Source: Lytechinus pictus
Taxonomy: Eukaryota
DNA length: 64,000 bases
NCBI RefSeq assembly: GCF_037042905.1
Contig: NW_026974140.1
Coordinates: forward strand, 1-64,000
Direction: 5' to 3'
Shown: positions 26,701-40,500 of the stretch, in pieces
Layout of the letters: the number at the start of each line of letters is the position of its first letter
Numbering within the stretch: position 1 is the first letter of the stretch
Made by a program: the position numbers and the translations under genes
Notes under the pieces: model-generated
The model's database searches: none
What the model was told of the DNA's origin: nothing
Seen by the model: the letters and a program-made list of their open reading frames with translations, nothing else

Positions 26701-29700
26701 TGGAAAAGTAAATTCATATGAATATAACTATTTTCCTTGAGATATACTTCTTAGTAGCAAACAAATGGTTTCCCGTTAGTAATTTCTAGCCAATGTCAAA
26801 GCTTTTAATAAAACTTCATAATTAGTGTTTGTATAAATTCTTCATTTCCAATGCAAACTTTGATTAGCGATAACTTGAAATCCACTTGTGCTCCAAATTT
26901 CATTCTTCTTTTAAAATAAAGCTCATGGAATTCTTCAAATATGATGTAATCAGGTATTTGTCTTCAAAATATCGCCTTAATGGTTTAAATTGCAAGTAAA
27001 GTCTAAGTGTTCATTTGCTGAATTTTGGACAGTCAGCGATCGTGTGTACGTATGCTTATCCATATTAGATTAAACCTGTGGTTTGGTATATTTTATCTTG
27101 TCTCAAAAGTAAAAGCTTGATGATTCTTAAATTTTTTCACCACATATGCAGTAACCTTATTTGGGAGATCAATGAACATATATATCCTTTTGTTTTTATT
27201 CAAAACGATCCAATTCATGGTCTTACTATTTGGATTATATCGACAAAAATGATAACCCAGGGCGTCTAGTGCTTTGCAGGCAGCTACAGTTCGCAACGAT
27301 ATTCAGCAAGATCATCTCGCGTAATTTGTGTGCAAAATGTTCCGAGCTTCGCCGAAGAGACGGCGTATTTAGAGATTCCTTACAAGTCCTTAATTGCTCT
27401 GGTCTACCTTTTGCTGTACTAGTGATAAATAATTTTTTTTCAAAGAGTTTGGGTTATTTTTTCAATTACTTGTTGCGTTCTATTCTCTCTTTCATGATCT
27501 CAGGTTAAATCCTCGGTCGAAAAATGGAAAAGTAAATTCATATGAATATAACTATTTTCCTTGAGATATACTTCTTAGTAGCAAACAAATGGTTTCCCGT
27601 TAGTAATTTCTAGCCACTGTCAAAGCTTTTAATAAAACTTCGTAATTAGTGTTTGTATAAATTCTTCATTTCCAATGCAAACTTTGATTAGCGATAACTT
27701 GAAATCCACTTGTGCTCCAAATTTCATTCTTCTTTTAAAATAAAGCTCATGGAATTCTTCAAAAAAATGTAATCAGGTATTTGTCTTCAAAATCTCGCCT
27801 TTATGGTTTAAATCGCCATTTAAGTCTAAGTGTTTATTTGGTGAAAGAGTTTGGATTATTTCTTCAATTACTTGTTGCGTTCTATTCTCTCTTTCATGAT
27901 CTCAGGTTAAATCCTCGGTCGAAAAATGGAAAAGTAAATTCATATGAATATAACTATTTTCCTTGAGATATACTTCTTAGTAGCAAACAAATGGTTTCCC
28001 GTTAGTAATTTCTAGCCAATGTCAAAGCTTTTAATAAAACTTCATAATTAGTGTTTGTATAAATTCTTCATTTCCAATGCAAACTTTGATTAGCGATAAC
28101 TTGAAATCCACTTGTGCTCCAAATTTCATTCTTCTTTTAAAATAAAGCTCATGGAATTCTTCAAATATGATGTAATCAGGTATTTGTCTTCAAAATCTCG
28201 CCTTAATGGTTTAAATCGCCATTAAAGTCTAAGTGTTCATTTGCTGAATTTTGGACAGTCAACGATCGTGTGTACGTATGCTTATCCATATTAGATTAAA
28301 CCTGTGGTTTGGTATATTTTATATTGTCTCAAAAGTAAAAGCTTGATGATTCTTACATTTTTTCACCACATATGCAGTAACCTTATTTGGGAGATAAATG
28401 AACATATATATTTTTTTGTTTTTATTCAAAACGATTCAATTCATGGTCTTACTATTTGGATTACATCGACAAAAAATGATAACCCGGTGCGTCTAGTGCT
28501 TTGCAGGCAGCTACAGTTCGCAACGATATTCAGCAAGATCATCTCGCGTAATTTGCGTGCAAAATGTTCCAAGCTTCGCCGAAGAGACGGCGTATTTAGA
28601 GATTCCTTACAAGTCCTTAATTGCTCTGGTCTACCTTTTGCTGTACTAGTGATAAATAATTTTTTTTCAAAGAGTTTGGGTTATTTTTTCAATTACTTGT
28701 TGCGTTCTATTCTCTCTTTCATGATCTCAGGTTAAATCCTCGGTCGAAAAATGGAAAAGTAAATTCATATGAATACAACTATTTTCCTTGAGATATACTT
28801 CTTAGTAGCAAACAAATGGTTTCCCGTTAGTAATTTCTAGCCACTGTCAAAGCTTTTAATAAAACTTCATAATTAGTGTTTGTATAAATTCTTCATTTCC
28901 AATGCAAACTTTGATTAGCGATAACTTGAAATCCACTTGTGCTCCAAATTTCATTCTTCTTTTAAAATAAAGCTCATGGAATTCTTCAAAAAAATGTAAT
29001 CAGGTATTTGTCTTCAAAATCTCGGCCTAATGGTTTAAATCGCCATTTAAGTCTAAGTGTTTATTTGGTGAAAGAGTTTGGGTTATTTCTTCAATTACTT
29101 GTTGCGTTCTATTCTCTCTTTCATGATCTCAGGTTAAATCCTCGGTCGAAAAATGGACAAGTAAATTCATATGAATATAACTATTTTCCTTGAGATATAC
29201 TTCTTAGTAGCAAACAAATGGTTTCCCGTTAGTAATTTCTAGCCACTGTCAAAGCTTTTAATAAAACTTCATAATTAGTGTTTGTATAAATTCTTCATTT
29301 CCAATGCAAACTTTGATTAGCGATAACTTGAAATCCACTTGTGCTCCAAATTTCATTCTTCTTTTAGAATAAAGCTCATGGAATTCTTCAAAAAATGTAA
29401 TCAGGTATTTGTCTTCAAAATCTCGGCCTAATGGTTTAAATCGCCATTTAAGTCTAAGTGTTTATTTGGTGAAAGAGTTTGGGTTATTTCTTCAATTACT
29501 TGTTGCGTTCTATTCTCTCTTTCATGATCTCAGGTTAAATCCTCGGTCGAAAAATGGAAAAGTAAATTCATATGAATATAACTATTTTCCTTGAGATATA
29601 CTTCTTAGTAGCAAACAAATGGTTTCCCGTTAGTAATTTCTAGCCAATGTCAAAGCTTTTAATAAAACTTCATAATTAGTGTTTGTATAAATTCTTCATT

Positions 29701-30400
29701 TCCAATGCAAACTTTGATTAGCGATAACTTGAAATCCACTTGTGCTCCAAATTTCATTCTTCTTTTAAAATAAAGCTCATGGAATTCTTCAAATATGATG
29801 TAATCAGGTATTTGTCTTCAAAATATCGCCTTAATGGTTTAAATTGCAATTAAAGTCTAAGTGTTCATTTGCTGAATTTTGGACAGTCAGCGATCGTGTG
29901 TACGTATGCTTATCCATATTAGATTAAACCTGTGGTTTGGTATATTTTATCTTGTCTCAAAAGTAAAAGCTTGATGATTCTTACATTTTTTCACCACATA
30001 TGCAGTAACCTTATTTGGGAGATCAATGAACATATATATCCTTTTGTTTTTATTCAAAACGATCCAATTCATGGTCTTACTATTTGGATTATATCGACAA
30101 AAATGATAACCCAGGGCGTCTAGTGCTTTGCAGGCAGCTACAGTTCGCAACGATATTCAGCAAGATCATCTCGCGTAATTTGTGTGCAAAATGTTCCGAG
30201 CTTCGCCGAAGAGACGGCGTATTTAGAGATTCCTTACAAGTCCTTAATTGCTCTGGTCTACCTTTTGCTGTACTAGTGATAAATAATTTTTTTTCAAAGA
30301 GTTTGGGTTATTTTTTCAATTACTTGTTGCGTTCTATTCTCTCTTTCATGATCTCAGGTTAAATCCTCGGTCGAAAAATGGAAAAGTAAATTCATATGAA
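14739..30400. repeat. 2854-bp five-monomer higher-order repeat (L-S-S-L-S), interrupted at ~24.1-25.3 kb
   Basis: Equivalent starts at 15562/18416/21270, 17592/20446/23300, 25330/28184 and 26154/29008 are 2854 apart and carry the same variant at each position (CCAAGCTT, GGACAAG, TTTAGAATAA, CCCAGGGCG, TTTGGATTA). Confidence 0.92.
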
Positions 30401-32682
30401 TATAACTATTTTCTTTGAGATATACTTCTTAGTAGCAAACAAATGGTTTTCCGTTAGTAATTTCTAGCCAATGTCAAAGCTTTTAATAAAACTTCATAAT
30501 TAGTGTTTGTAAAAATTCTTCATTTCCAATGCAAACTTTGATTAGCGATAACTTGAAATCCACTTGTGCTCCAAATTTCATTCTTCTTTTAAAATAAAGC
30601 TCATGGAATTCTTCAAAAAAATGTAATGAGGTATTTGTCTTCAAAATCTCGCCTTAATGGTTTAAATCGCCATTTAAGTCTAAGTGTTTATTTGGTGAAA
30701 GAGTTTGGGTTATTTCTTCAATTACTTGTTGCGTTCTATTCTCTCTTTCATGATCTCAGGTTAAATCCTCGGTCGAAAAATGGAAAAGTAAATTCATATG
30801 AATATAACTATTTTCTTTGAGATATACTTCTTAGTAGCAAACAAATGGTTTTCCGTTAGTAATTTCTAGCCAATGTCAAAGCTTTTAATAAAACTTCATA
30901 ATTAGTGTTTGTATAAATTCTTCATTTCCAATGCAAACTTTGATTAGCGATAACTTGAAATCCACTTGTGCTCCAAATTTCATTCTTCTTTTAAAATAAA
31001 GCTCATGGAATTCTTCAAAAAAATGTAATCAGGTATTTGTCTTCAAAATCTCGCCTTAATGGTTTAAATTGCAAGTAAAGTCTAAGTGTTCATTTGCTGA
31101 ATTTTGGACAGTCAGCGATCGTGTGTACGTATGCTTATCCATATTAGATTAAACCTGTGGTTTGGTATATTTTATCTTGTCTCAAAAGTAAAAGCTTGAT
31201 GATTCTTACATTTTTTCACCACATATGCAGTAACCTTATTTGGGAGATAAATGAACATATATATATTTTTGTTTTTATTCAAAACGATCCAATTCATGGT
31301 CTTACTATTTGGATTATATCGACAAAAATGATAACCCGGTGCGTCTAGTGCTTTGCAGGCAGCTACAGTTCGCAACGATATTCAGCAATATCATCTCGCG
31401 TAATTTGCGTGCAAAATGTTCCGAGCTTCGCCGAAGAGACGGCGTATTTAGAGATTCCTTACAAGTCCTTAATTGCTCTGGTCTACCTTTTGCTGTACTA
31501 GAGATAGATAATTTTTTTTCAAAGAGTTTGGGTTATTTCTTCAATTACTTGTTGCGTTCTATTCTCTCTTTCATGATCTCAGGTTAAATCCTCGGTCGAA
31601 AAATGGAAAAGTAAATTCATATGAATATAACTATTTTCTTTGAGATATACTTCTTAGTAGCAAACAAATGGTTTTCCGTTAGTAATTTCTAGCCAATGTC
31701 AAAGCTTTTAATAAAACTTCATAATTAGTGTTTGTAAAAATTCTTCATTTCCAATGCAAACTTTGATTAGCGATAACTTGAAATCCACTTGTGCTCCAAA
31801 TTTCATTCTTCTTTTAAAATAAAGCTCATGGAATTCTTCAAAAAAATGTAATCAGGTATTTGTCTTCAAAATCTCGCCTTAATGGTTTAAATTGCAAGTA
31901 AAGTCTAAGTGTTCATTTGCTGAATTTTGGACAGTCAGCGATCGTGTGTACGTATACTTATCCATATTAGATTAAACCTGTGGTTTGGTATATTTTATCT
32001 TGTCTCAAAAGTAAAAGCTTGATGATTCTTACATTTTTTCACCACATATGCAGTAACCTTATTTGGGAGATAAATGAACATATATATCTTTTTGTTTTTA
32101 TTCAAAACGATCCAATTCATGGTCTTACTATTTGGATTATATCGACAAAAATGATAACCCGGTGCGTCTAGTGCTTTGCAGGCAGCTACAGTTCGCAACG
32201 ATATTCAGCAAGATCATCTCGCGTAATTTGCGTGCAAAATGTTCCGAGCTTCGCCGAAGAGACGGCGTATTTAGAGATTCCTTACAAGTCCTTAATTGCT
32301 CTGGTCTACCTTTTGCTGTACTAGTGATAAATAATTTTTTTTCAATGAGTTTGGGTTATTTTTTCAATTACTTGTTGCGTTCTATTCTCTCTTTCATGAT
32401 CTCAGGTTAAATCTTCGGTCGAAAAATGGAAAAGTTAATTCATATGAATATAACTATTTTCCTTGAGATATACTTCTCAGTAGCAAACAAATGGTTTCCC
32501 GTTAGTAATTTCTAGCCAATGTCAAAGCTTTTAATAAAACTTCATGATTAGTGTTTGTATAAATTCTTCATTACCAATGCAAACTTTGATTAGCGATAAC
32601 TTGAAATCCACTTGTGCTCCAAATTTCATTCTTCTTTTAAAATAAAGCTCATGGAATTCTTCAAAAAAATGTAATGAGGTAT

Positions 32683-35600
32683 TTGTCTTCAAAATCTCGC
32701 CTTAATGGTTTAAATTGCAAGTAAAGTCTAAGTGTTCATTTGCTGAATTTTGGACAGTCAGCGATCGTGTGTACGTATGCTTATCCATATTAGATTAAAC
32801 CTGTGGTTTGGTATATTTTATCTTGTCTCAAAAGTAAAAGCTTGATGATTCTTACATTTTTTCACCACATATGCAGTAACCTTATTTGGGAGATAAATGA
32901 ACATATATATCTTTTTGTTTTTATTCAAAACGATCCAATTCATGGTCTTACTATTTGGATTATATCGACAAAAATGATAACCCGGTGCGTCTAGTGCTTT
33001 GCAGGCAGCTACAGTTCGCAACGATATTCAGCAAGATCATCTCGCGTAATTTGCGTGCAAAATGTTCCGAGCTTCGCCGAAGAGACGGCGTATTTAGAGA
33101 TTCCTTACAAGTCCTTAATTGCTCTGGTCTACCTTTTGCTGTACTAGAGATAGATAATTTTTTTTCAAAGAGTTTGGGTTATTTCTTCAATTACTTGTTG
33201 CGTTTTATTCTCTCTTTCATGATCTCAGGTTAAATCCTCGGTCGAAAAATGAAAAAGTAAATTCATATGAATATAACTATTTTCCTTGAGATATACTTCT
33301 TAGTAGCAAACAAATGGTTTCCCGTTAGTAATTTCTAGCCAATGTCAAAGCTTTTAATAAAACTTCATAATTAGTGTTTGTATAAATTCTTCATTTCCAA
33401 TGCAAACTTTGATTAGCGATAACTTGAAATCCACTTGTGCTCCAAATTTCATTCTTCTTTTAAAATAAAGCTCATGGAATTCTTCAAAAAAATGTAATGA
33501 GGTATTTGTCTTCAAAATCTCGCCTTAATGGTTTAAATCGCCATTTAAGTCTAAGTGTTTATTTGGTGAAAGAGTTTGGGTTATTTCTTCAATTACTTGT
33601 TGCGTTCTATTCTCTCTTTCATGATCTCAGGTTAAATCCTCGGTCGAAAAATGGAAAAGTAAATTCATATGAATATAACTATTTTCTTTGAGATATACTT
33701 CTTAGTAGCAAACAAATGGTTTTCCGTTAGTAATTTCTAGCCAATGTCAAAGCTTTTAATAAAACTTCATAATTAGTGTTTGTAAAAATTCTTCATTTCC
33801 AATGCAAACTTTGATTAGCGATAACTTGAAATCCACTTGTGCTCCAAATTTCATTCTTCTTTTAAAATAAAGCTCATGGAATTCTTCAAAAAAATGTAAT
33901 GAGGTATTTGTCTTCAAAATCTCGCCTTAATGGTTTAAATCGCCATTTAAGTCTAAGTGTTTATTTGGTGAAAGAGTTTGGGTTATTTCTTCAATTACTT
34001 GTTGCGTTCTATTCTCTCTTTCATGATCTCAGGTTAAATCCTCGGTCGAAAAATGGAAAAGTAAATTCATATGAATATAACTATTTTCTTTGAGATATAC
34101 TTCTTAGTAGCAAACAAATGGTTTTCCGTTAGTAATTTCTAGCCAATGTCAAAGCTTTTAATAAAACTTCATAATTAGTGTTTGTATAAATTCTTCATTT
34201 CCAATGCAAACTTTGATTAGCGATAACTTGAAATCCACTTGTGCTCCAAATTTCATTCTTCTTTTAAAATAAAGCTCATGGAATTCTTCAAAAAAATGTA
34301 ATCAGGTATTTGTCTTCAAAATCTCGCCTTAATGGTTTAAATTGCAAGTAAAGTCTAAGTGTTCATTTGCTGAATTTTGGACAGTCAGCGATCGTGTGTA
34401 CGTATGCTTATCCATATTAGATTAAACCTGTGGTTTGGTATATTTTATCTTGTCTCAAAAGTAAAAGCTTGATGATTCTTACATTTTTTCACCACATATG
34501 CAGTAACCTTATTTGGGAGATAAATGAACATATATATATTTTTGTTTTTATTCAAAACGATCCAATTCATGGTCTTACTATTTGGATTATATCGACAAAA
34601 ATGATAACCCGGTGCGTCTAGTGCTTTGCAGGCAGCTACAGTTCGCAACGATATTCAGCAATATCATCTCGCGTAATTTGCGTGCAAAATGTTCCGAGCT
34701 TCGCCGAAGAGACGGCGTATTTAGAGATTCCTTACAAGTCCTTAATTGCTCTGGTCTACCTTTTGCTGTACTAGAGATAGATAATTTTTTTTCAAAGAGT
34801 TTGGGTTATTTCTTCAATTACTTGTTGCGTTCTATTCTCTCTTTCATGATCTCAGGTTAAATCCTCGGTCGAAAAATGAAAAAGTAAATTCATATGAATA
34901 TAACTATTTTCCTTGAGATATACTTCTTAGTAGCAAACAAATGGTTTCCCGTTAGTAATTTCTAGCCAATGTCAAAGCTTTTAATAAAACTTCATAATTA
35001 GTGTTTGTATAAATTCTTCATTTCCAATGCAAACTTTGATTAGCGATAACTTGAAATCCACTTGTGCTCCAAATTTCATTCTTCTTTTAAAATAAAGCTC
35101 ATGGAATTCTTCAAAAAAATGTAATGAGGTATTTGTCTTCAAAATCTCGCCTTAATGGTTTAAATTGCAAGTAAAGTCTAAGTGTTCATTTGCTGAATTT
35201 TGGACAGTCAGCGATCGTGTGTACGTATGCTTATCCATATTAGATTAAACCTGTGGTTTGGTATATTTTATCTTGTCTCAAAAGTAAAAGCTTGATGATT
35301 CTTACATTTTTTCACCACATATGCAGTAACCTTATTTGGGAGATAAATGAACATATATATCTTTTTGTTTTTATTCAAAACGATCCAATTCATGGTCTTA
35401 CTATTTGGATTATATCGACAAAAATGATAACCCGGTGCGTCTAGTGCTTTGCAGGCAGCTACAGTTCGCAACGATATTCAGCAAGATCATCTCGCGTAAT
35501 TTGCGTGCAAAATGTTCCGAGCTTCGCCGAAGAGACGGCGTATTTAGAGATTCCTTACAAGTCCTTAATTGCTCTGGTCTACCTTTTGCTGTACTAGAGA

Positions 35601-37582
35601 TAGATAATTTTTTTTCAAAGAGTTTGGGTTATTTCTTCAATTACTTGTTGCGTTTTATTCTCTCTTTCATGATCTCAGGTTAAATCCTCGGTCGAAAAAT
35701 GAAAAAGTAAATTCATATGAATATAACTATTTTCCTTGAGATATACTTCTTAGTAGCAAACAAATGGTTTCCCGTTAGTAATTTCTAGCCAATGTCAAAG
35801 CTTTTAATAAAACTTCATAATTAGTGTTTGTATAAATTCTTCATTTCCAATGCAAACTTTGATTAGCGATAACTTGAAATCCACTTGTGCTCCAAATTTC
35901 ATTCTTCTTTTAAAATAAAGCTCATGGAATTCTTCAAAAAAATGTAATGAGGTATTTGTCTTCAAAATCTCGCCTTAATGGTTTAAATCGCCATTTAAGT
36001 CTAAGTGTTTATTTGGTGAAAGAGTTTGGGTTATTTCTTCAATTACTTGTTGCGTTCTATTCTCTCTTTCATGATCTCAGGTTAAATCCTCGGTCGAAAA
36101 ATGGAAAAGTAAATTCATATGAATATAACTATTTTCTTTGAGATATACTTCTTAGTAGCAAACAAATGGTTTTCCGTTAGTAATTTCTAGCCAATGTCAA
36201 AGCTTTTAATAAAACTTCATAATTAGTGTTTGTAAAAATTCTTCATTTCCAATGCAAACTTTGATTAGCGATAACTTGAAATCCACTTGTGCTCCAAATT
36301 TCATTCTTCTTTTAAAATAAAGCTCATGGAATTCTTCAAAAAAATGTAATGAGGTATTTGTCTTCAAAATCTCGCCTTAATGGTTTAAATCGCCATTTAA
36401 GTCTAAGTGTTTATTTGGTGAAAGAGTTTGGGTTATTTCTTCAATTACTTGTTGCGTTCTATTCTCTCTTTCATGATCTCAGGTTAAATCCTCGGTCGAA
36501 AAATGGAAAAGTAAATTCATATGAATATAACTATTTTCTTTGAGATATACTTCTTAGTAGCAAACAAATGGTTTTCCGTTAGTAATTTCTAGCCAATGTC
36601 AAAGCTTTTAATAAAACTTCATAATTAGTGTTTGTATAAATTCTTCATTTCCAATGCAAACTTTGATTAGCGATAACTTGAAATCCACTTGTGCTCCAAA
36701 TTTCATTCTTCTTTTAAAATAAAGCTCATGGAATTCTTCAAAAAAATGTAATCAGGTATTTGTCTTCAAAATCTCGCCTTAATGGTTTAAATTGCAAGTA
36801 AAGTCTAAGTGTTCATTTGCTGAATTTTGGACAGTCAGCGATCGTGTGTACGTATGCTTATCCATATTAGATTAAACCTGTGGTTTGGTATATTTTATCT
36901 TGTCTCAAAAGTAAAAGCTTGATGATTCTTACATTTTTTCACCACATATGCAGTAACCTTATTTGGGAGATAAATGAACATATATATATTTTTGTTTTTA
37001 TTCAAAACGATCCAATTCATGGTCTTACTATTTGGATTATATCGACAAAAATGATAACCCGGTGCGTCTAGTGCTTTGCAGGCAGCTACAGTTCGCAACG
37101 ATATTCAGCAATATCATCTCGCGTAATTTGCGTGCAAAATGTTCCGAGCTTCGCCGAAGAGACGGCGTATTTAGAGATTCCTTACAAGTCCTTAATTGCT
37201 CTGGTCTACCTTTTGCTGTACTAGAGATAGATAATTTTTTTTCAAAGAGTTTGGGTTATTTCTTCAATTACTTGTTGCGTTCTATTCTCTCTTTCATGAT
37301 CTCAGGTTAAATCCTCGGTCGAAAAATGAAAAAGTAAATTCATATGAATATAACTATTTTCCTTGAGATATACTTCTTAGTAGCAAACAAATGGTTTCCC
37401 GTTAGTAATTTCTAGCCAATGTCAAAGCTTTTAATAAAACTTCATAATTAGTGTTTGTATAAATTCTTCATTTCCAATGCAAACTTTGATTAGCAATAAC
37501 TTGAAATCCACTTGTGCTCCAAATTTCATTCTTCTTTTAAAATAAAGCTCATGGAATTCTTCAAAAAAATGTAATGAGGTAT
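32683..37582. repeat. 2450-bp L-S-S-L block duplicated in tandem
   Basis: Starts 32683/35133, 33506/35956, 33908/36358, 34310/36760; shared variants CGTTTTATTC and CAGCAATATC. Confidence 0.9.
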
Positions 37583-40500
37583 TTGTCTTCAAAATCTCGC
37601 CTTAATGGTTTAAATCGCCATTTAAGTCTTAGTGTTTATTTGGTGAAAGAGTTTGGGTTATTTCTTCAATTACTTGTTGCGTTCTATTCTCTCTTTCATG
37701 ATCTCAGGTTAAATCCTCGGTCGAAAAATGAAAAAGTAAATTCATATGAATATAACTATTTTCCTTGAGATATACTTCTCAGTAGCAAACAAATGGTTTC
37801 CCGTTAGTAATTTCTAGCCAATGTCAAAGCTTTTAATAAAACTTCATGATTAGTGTTTGTATAAATTCTTCATTACCAATGCAAACTTTGATTAGCGATA
37901 ACTTGAAATCCACTTGTGCTCCAAATTTCATTTATCTTTTAAAATAAAGCTCATGGAATTCTTCAAAAAAATGTAATGAGGTATTTGTCTTCAAAATCTC
38001 GCCTTAATGGTTTAAATTGCAAGTAAAGTCTAAGTGTTCATTTGCTGAATTTTGGACAGTCAGCGATCGTGTGTACGTATGCTTATCCATATTAGATTAA
38101 ACCTGTGGTTTGGTATATTTTATCTTGTCTCAAAAGTAAAAGCTTGATGATTCTTACATTTTTTCACCACATATGCAGTAACCTTATTTGGGAGATAAAT
38201 GAACATATATATCTTTTTGTTTTTATTCAAAACGATCCAATTCATGGTCTTACTATTTGGATTATATCGACAAAAATGATAACCCGGTGCGTCTAGTGCT
38301 TTGCAGGCAGCTACAGTTCGCAACGATATTCAGCAAGATCATCTCGCGTAATTTGCGTGCAAAATGTTCCGAGCTTCGCCGAAGAGACGGCGTATTTAGA
38401 GATTCCTTACAAGTCCTTAATTGCTCTGGTCTACCTTTTGCTGTACTAGAGATAGATAATTTTTTTTCAAAGAGTTTGGGTTATTTCTTCAATTACTTGT
38501 TGCGTTCTATTCTCTCTTTCATGATCTCAGGTTAAATCCTCGGTCGAAAAATGAAAAAGTAAATTCATATGAATATAACTATTTTCCTTGAGATATACTT
38601 CTTAGTAGCAAACAAATGGTTTCCCGTTAGTAATTTCTAGCCAATGTCAAAGCTTTTAATAAAACTTCATAATTAGTGTTTGTATAAATTCTTCATTTCC
38701 AATGCAAACTTTGATTAGCGATAACTTGAAATCCACTTGTGCTCCAAATTTCATTTATCTTTTAAAATAAAGCTCATGGAATTCTTCAAAAAAATGTAAT
38801 GAGGTATTTGTCTTCAAAATCTCGCCTTAATGGTTTAAATCGCCATTTAAGTCTTAGTGTTTATTTGGTGAAAGAGTTTGGGTTATTTCTTCAATTACTT
38901 GTTGCGTTCTATTCTCTCTTTCATGATCTCAGGTTAAATCCTCGGTCGAAAAATGGAAAAGTAAATTCATATGAATATAACTATTTTCTTTGAGATATAC
39001 TTCTTAGTAGCAAACAAATGGTTTTCCGTTAGTAATTTCTAGCCAATGTCAAAGCTTTTAATAAAACTTCATAATTAGTGTTTGTAAAAATTCTTCATTT
39101 CCAATGCAAACTTTGATTAGCGATAACTTGAAATCCACTTGTGCTCCAAATTTCATTCTTCTTTTAAAATAAAGCTCATGGAATTCCTCAAAAAAATGTA
39201 ATCAGGTATTTGTCTTCAAAATCTCGCCTTAATGGTTTAAATTGCAAGTAAAGTCTAAGTGTTCATTTGCTGAATTTTGGACAGTCAGCGATCGTGTGTA
39301 CGTATGCTTATCCATATTAGATTAAACCTGTGGTTTGGTATATTTTATCTTGTCTCAAAAGTAAAAGCTTGATGATTCTTACATTTTTTCACCACATATG
39401 CAGTAACCTTATTTGGGAGATAAATGAACATATATATCTTTTTGTTTTTATTCAAAACGATCCAATTCATGGTCTTACTATTTGGATTATATCGACAAAA
39501 ATGATAACCCGGTGCGTCTAGTGCTTTGCAGGCAGCTACAGTTCGCAACGATATTCAGCAAGATCATCTCGCGTAATTTGCGTGCAAAATGTTCCGAGCT
39601 TCGCCGAAGAGACGGCGTATTTAGAGATTCCTTACAAGTCCTTAATTGCTCTGGTCTACCTTTTGCTGTACTAGTGATAAATAAATTTTTTTCAAAGAGT
39701 TTGGGTTATTTTTTCAATTACTTGTTGCGTTCTATTCTCTCTTTCATGATCTCAGGTTAAATCTTCGGTCGAAAAATGGAAAAGTTAATTCATATGAATA
39801 TAACTATTTTCCTTGAGATATACTTCTCAGTAGCAAACAAATGGTTTCCCGTTAGTAATTTCTAGCCAATGTCAAAGCTTTTAATAAAACTTCATGATTA
39901 GTGTTTGTATAAATTCTTCATTACCAATGCAAACTTTGATTAGCGATAACTTGAAATCCACTTGTGCTTCAAATTTCATTCTTCTTTTAAAATAAAGCTC
40001 ATGGAATTCTTCAAAAAAATGTAATGAGGTATTTGTCTTCAAAATCTCGCCTTAATGGTTTAAATCGCCATTTAAGTCTTAGTGTTTATTTGGTGAAAGA
40101 GTTTGGGTTATTTCTTCAATTACTTGTTGCGTTCTATTCTCTCTTTCATGATCTCAGGTTAAATCCTCGGTCGAAAAATGGAAAAGTAAATTCATATGAA
40201 TATAACTATTTTCTTTGAGATATACTTCTTAGTAGCAAACAAATGGTTTTCCGTTAGTAATTTCTAGCCAATGTCAAAGCTTTTAATAAAACTTCATAAT
40301 TAGTGTTTGTATAAATTCTTAATTTCCAATGCAAACTTTGATTAGCGATAACTTGAAATCCACTTTTTCTCCAAATTTCATTCTTCTTTTAAAATAAAGC
40401 TCATGGAATTCTTCAAAAAAATGTAATAAGGTATTTGTCTTCAAAATCTCGCCTTAATGGTTTAAATCGCCATTTAAGTCTAAGTGTTTATTTGGTGAAA

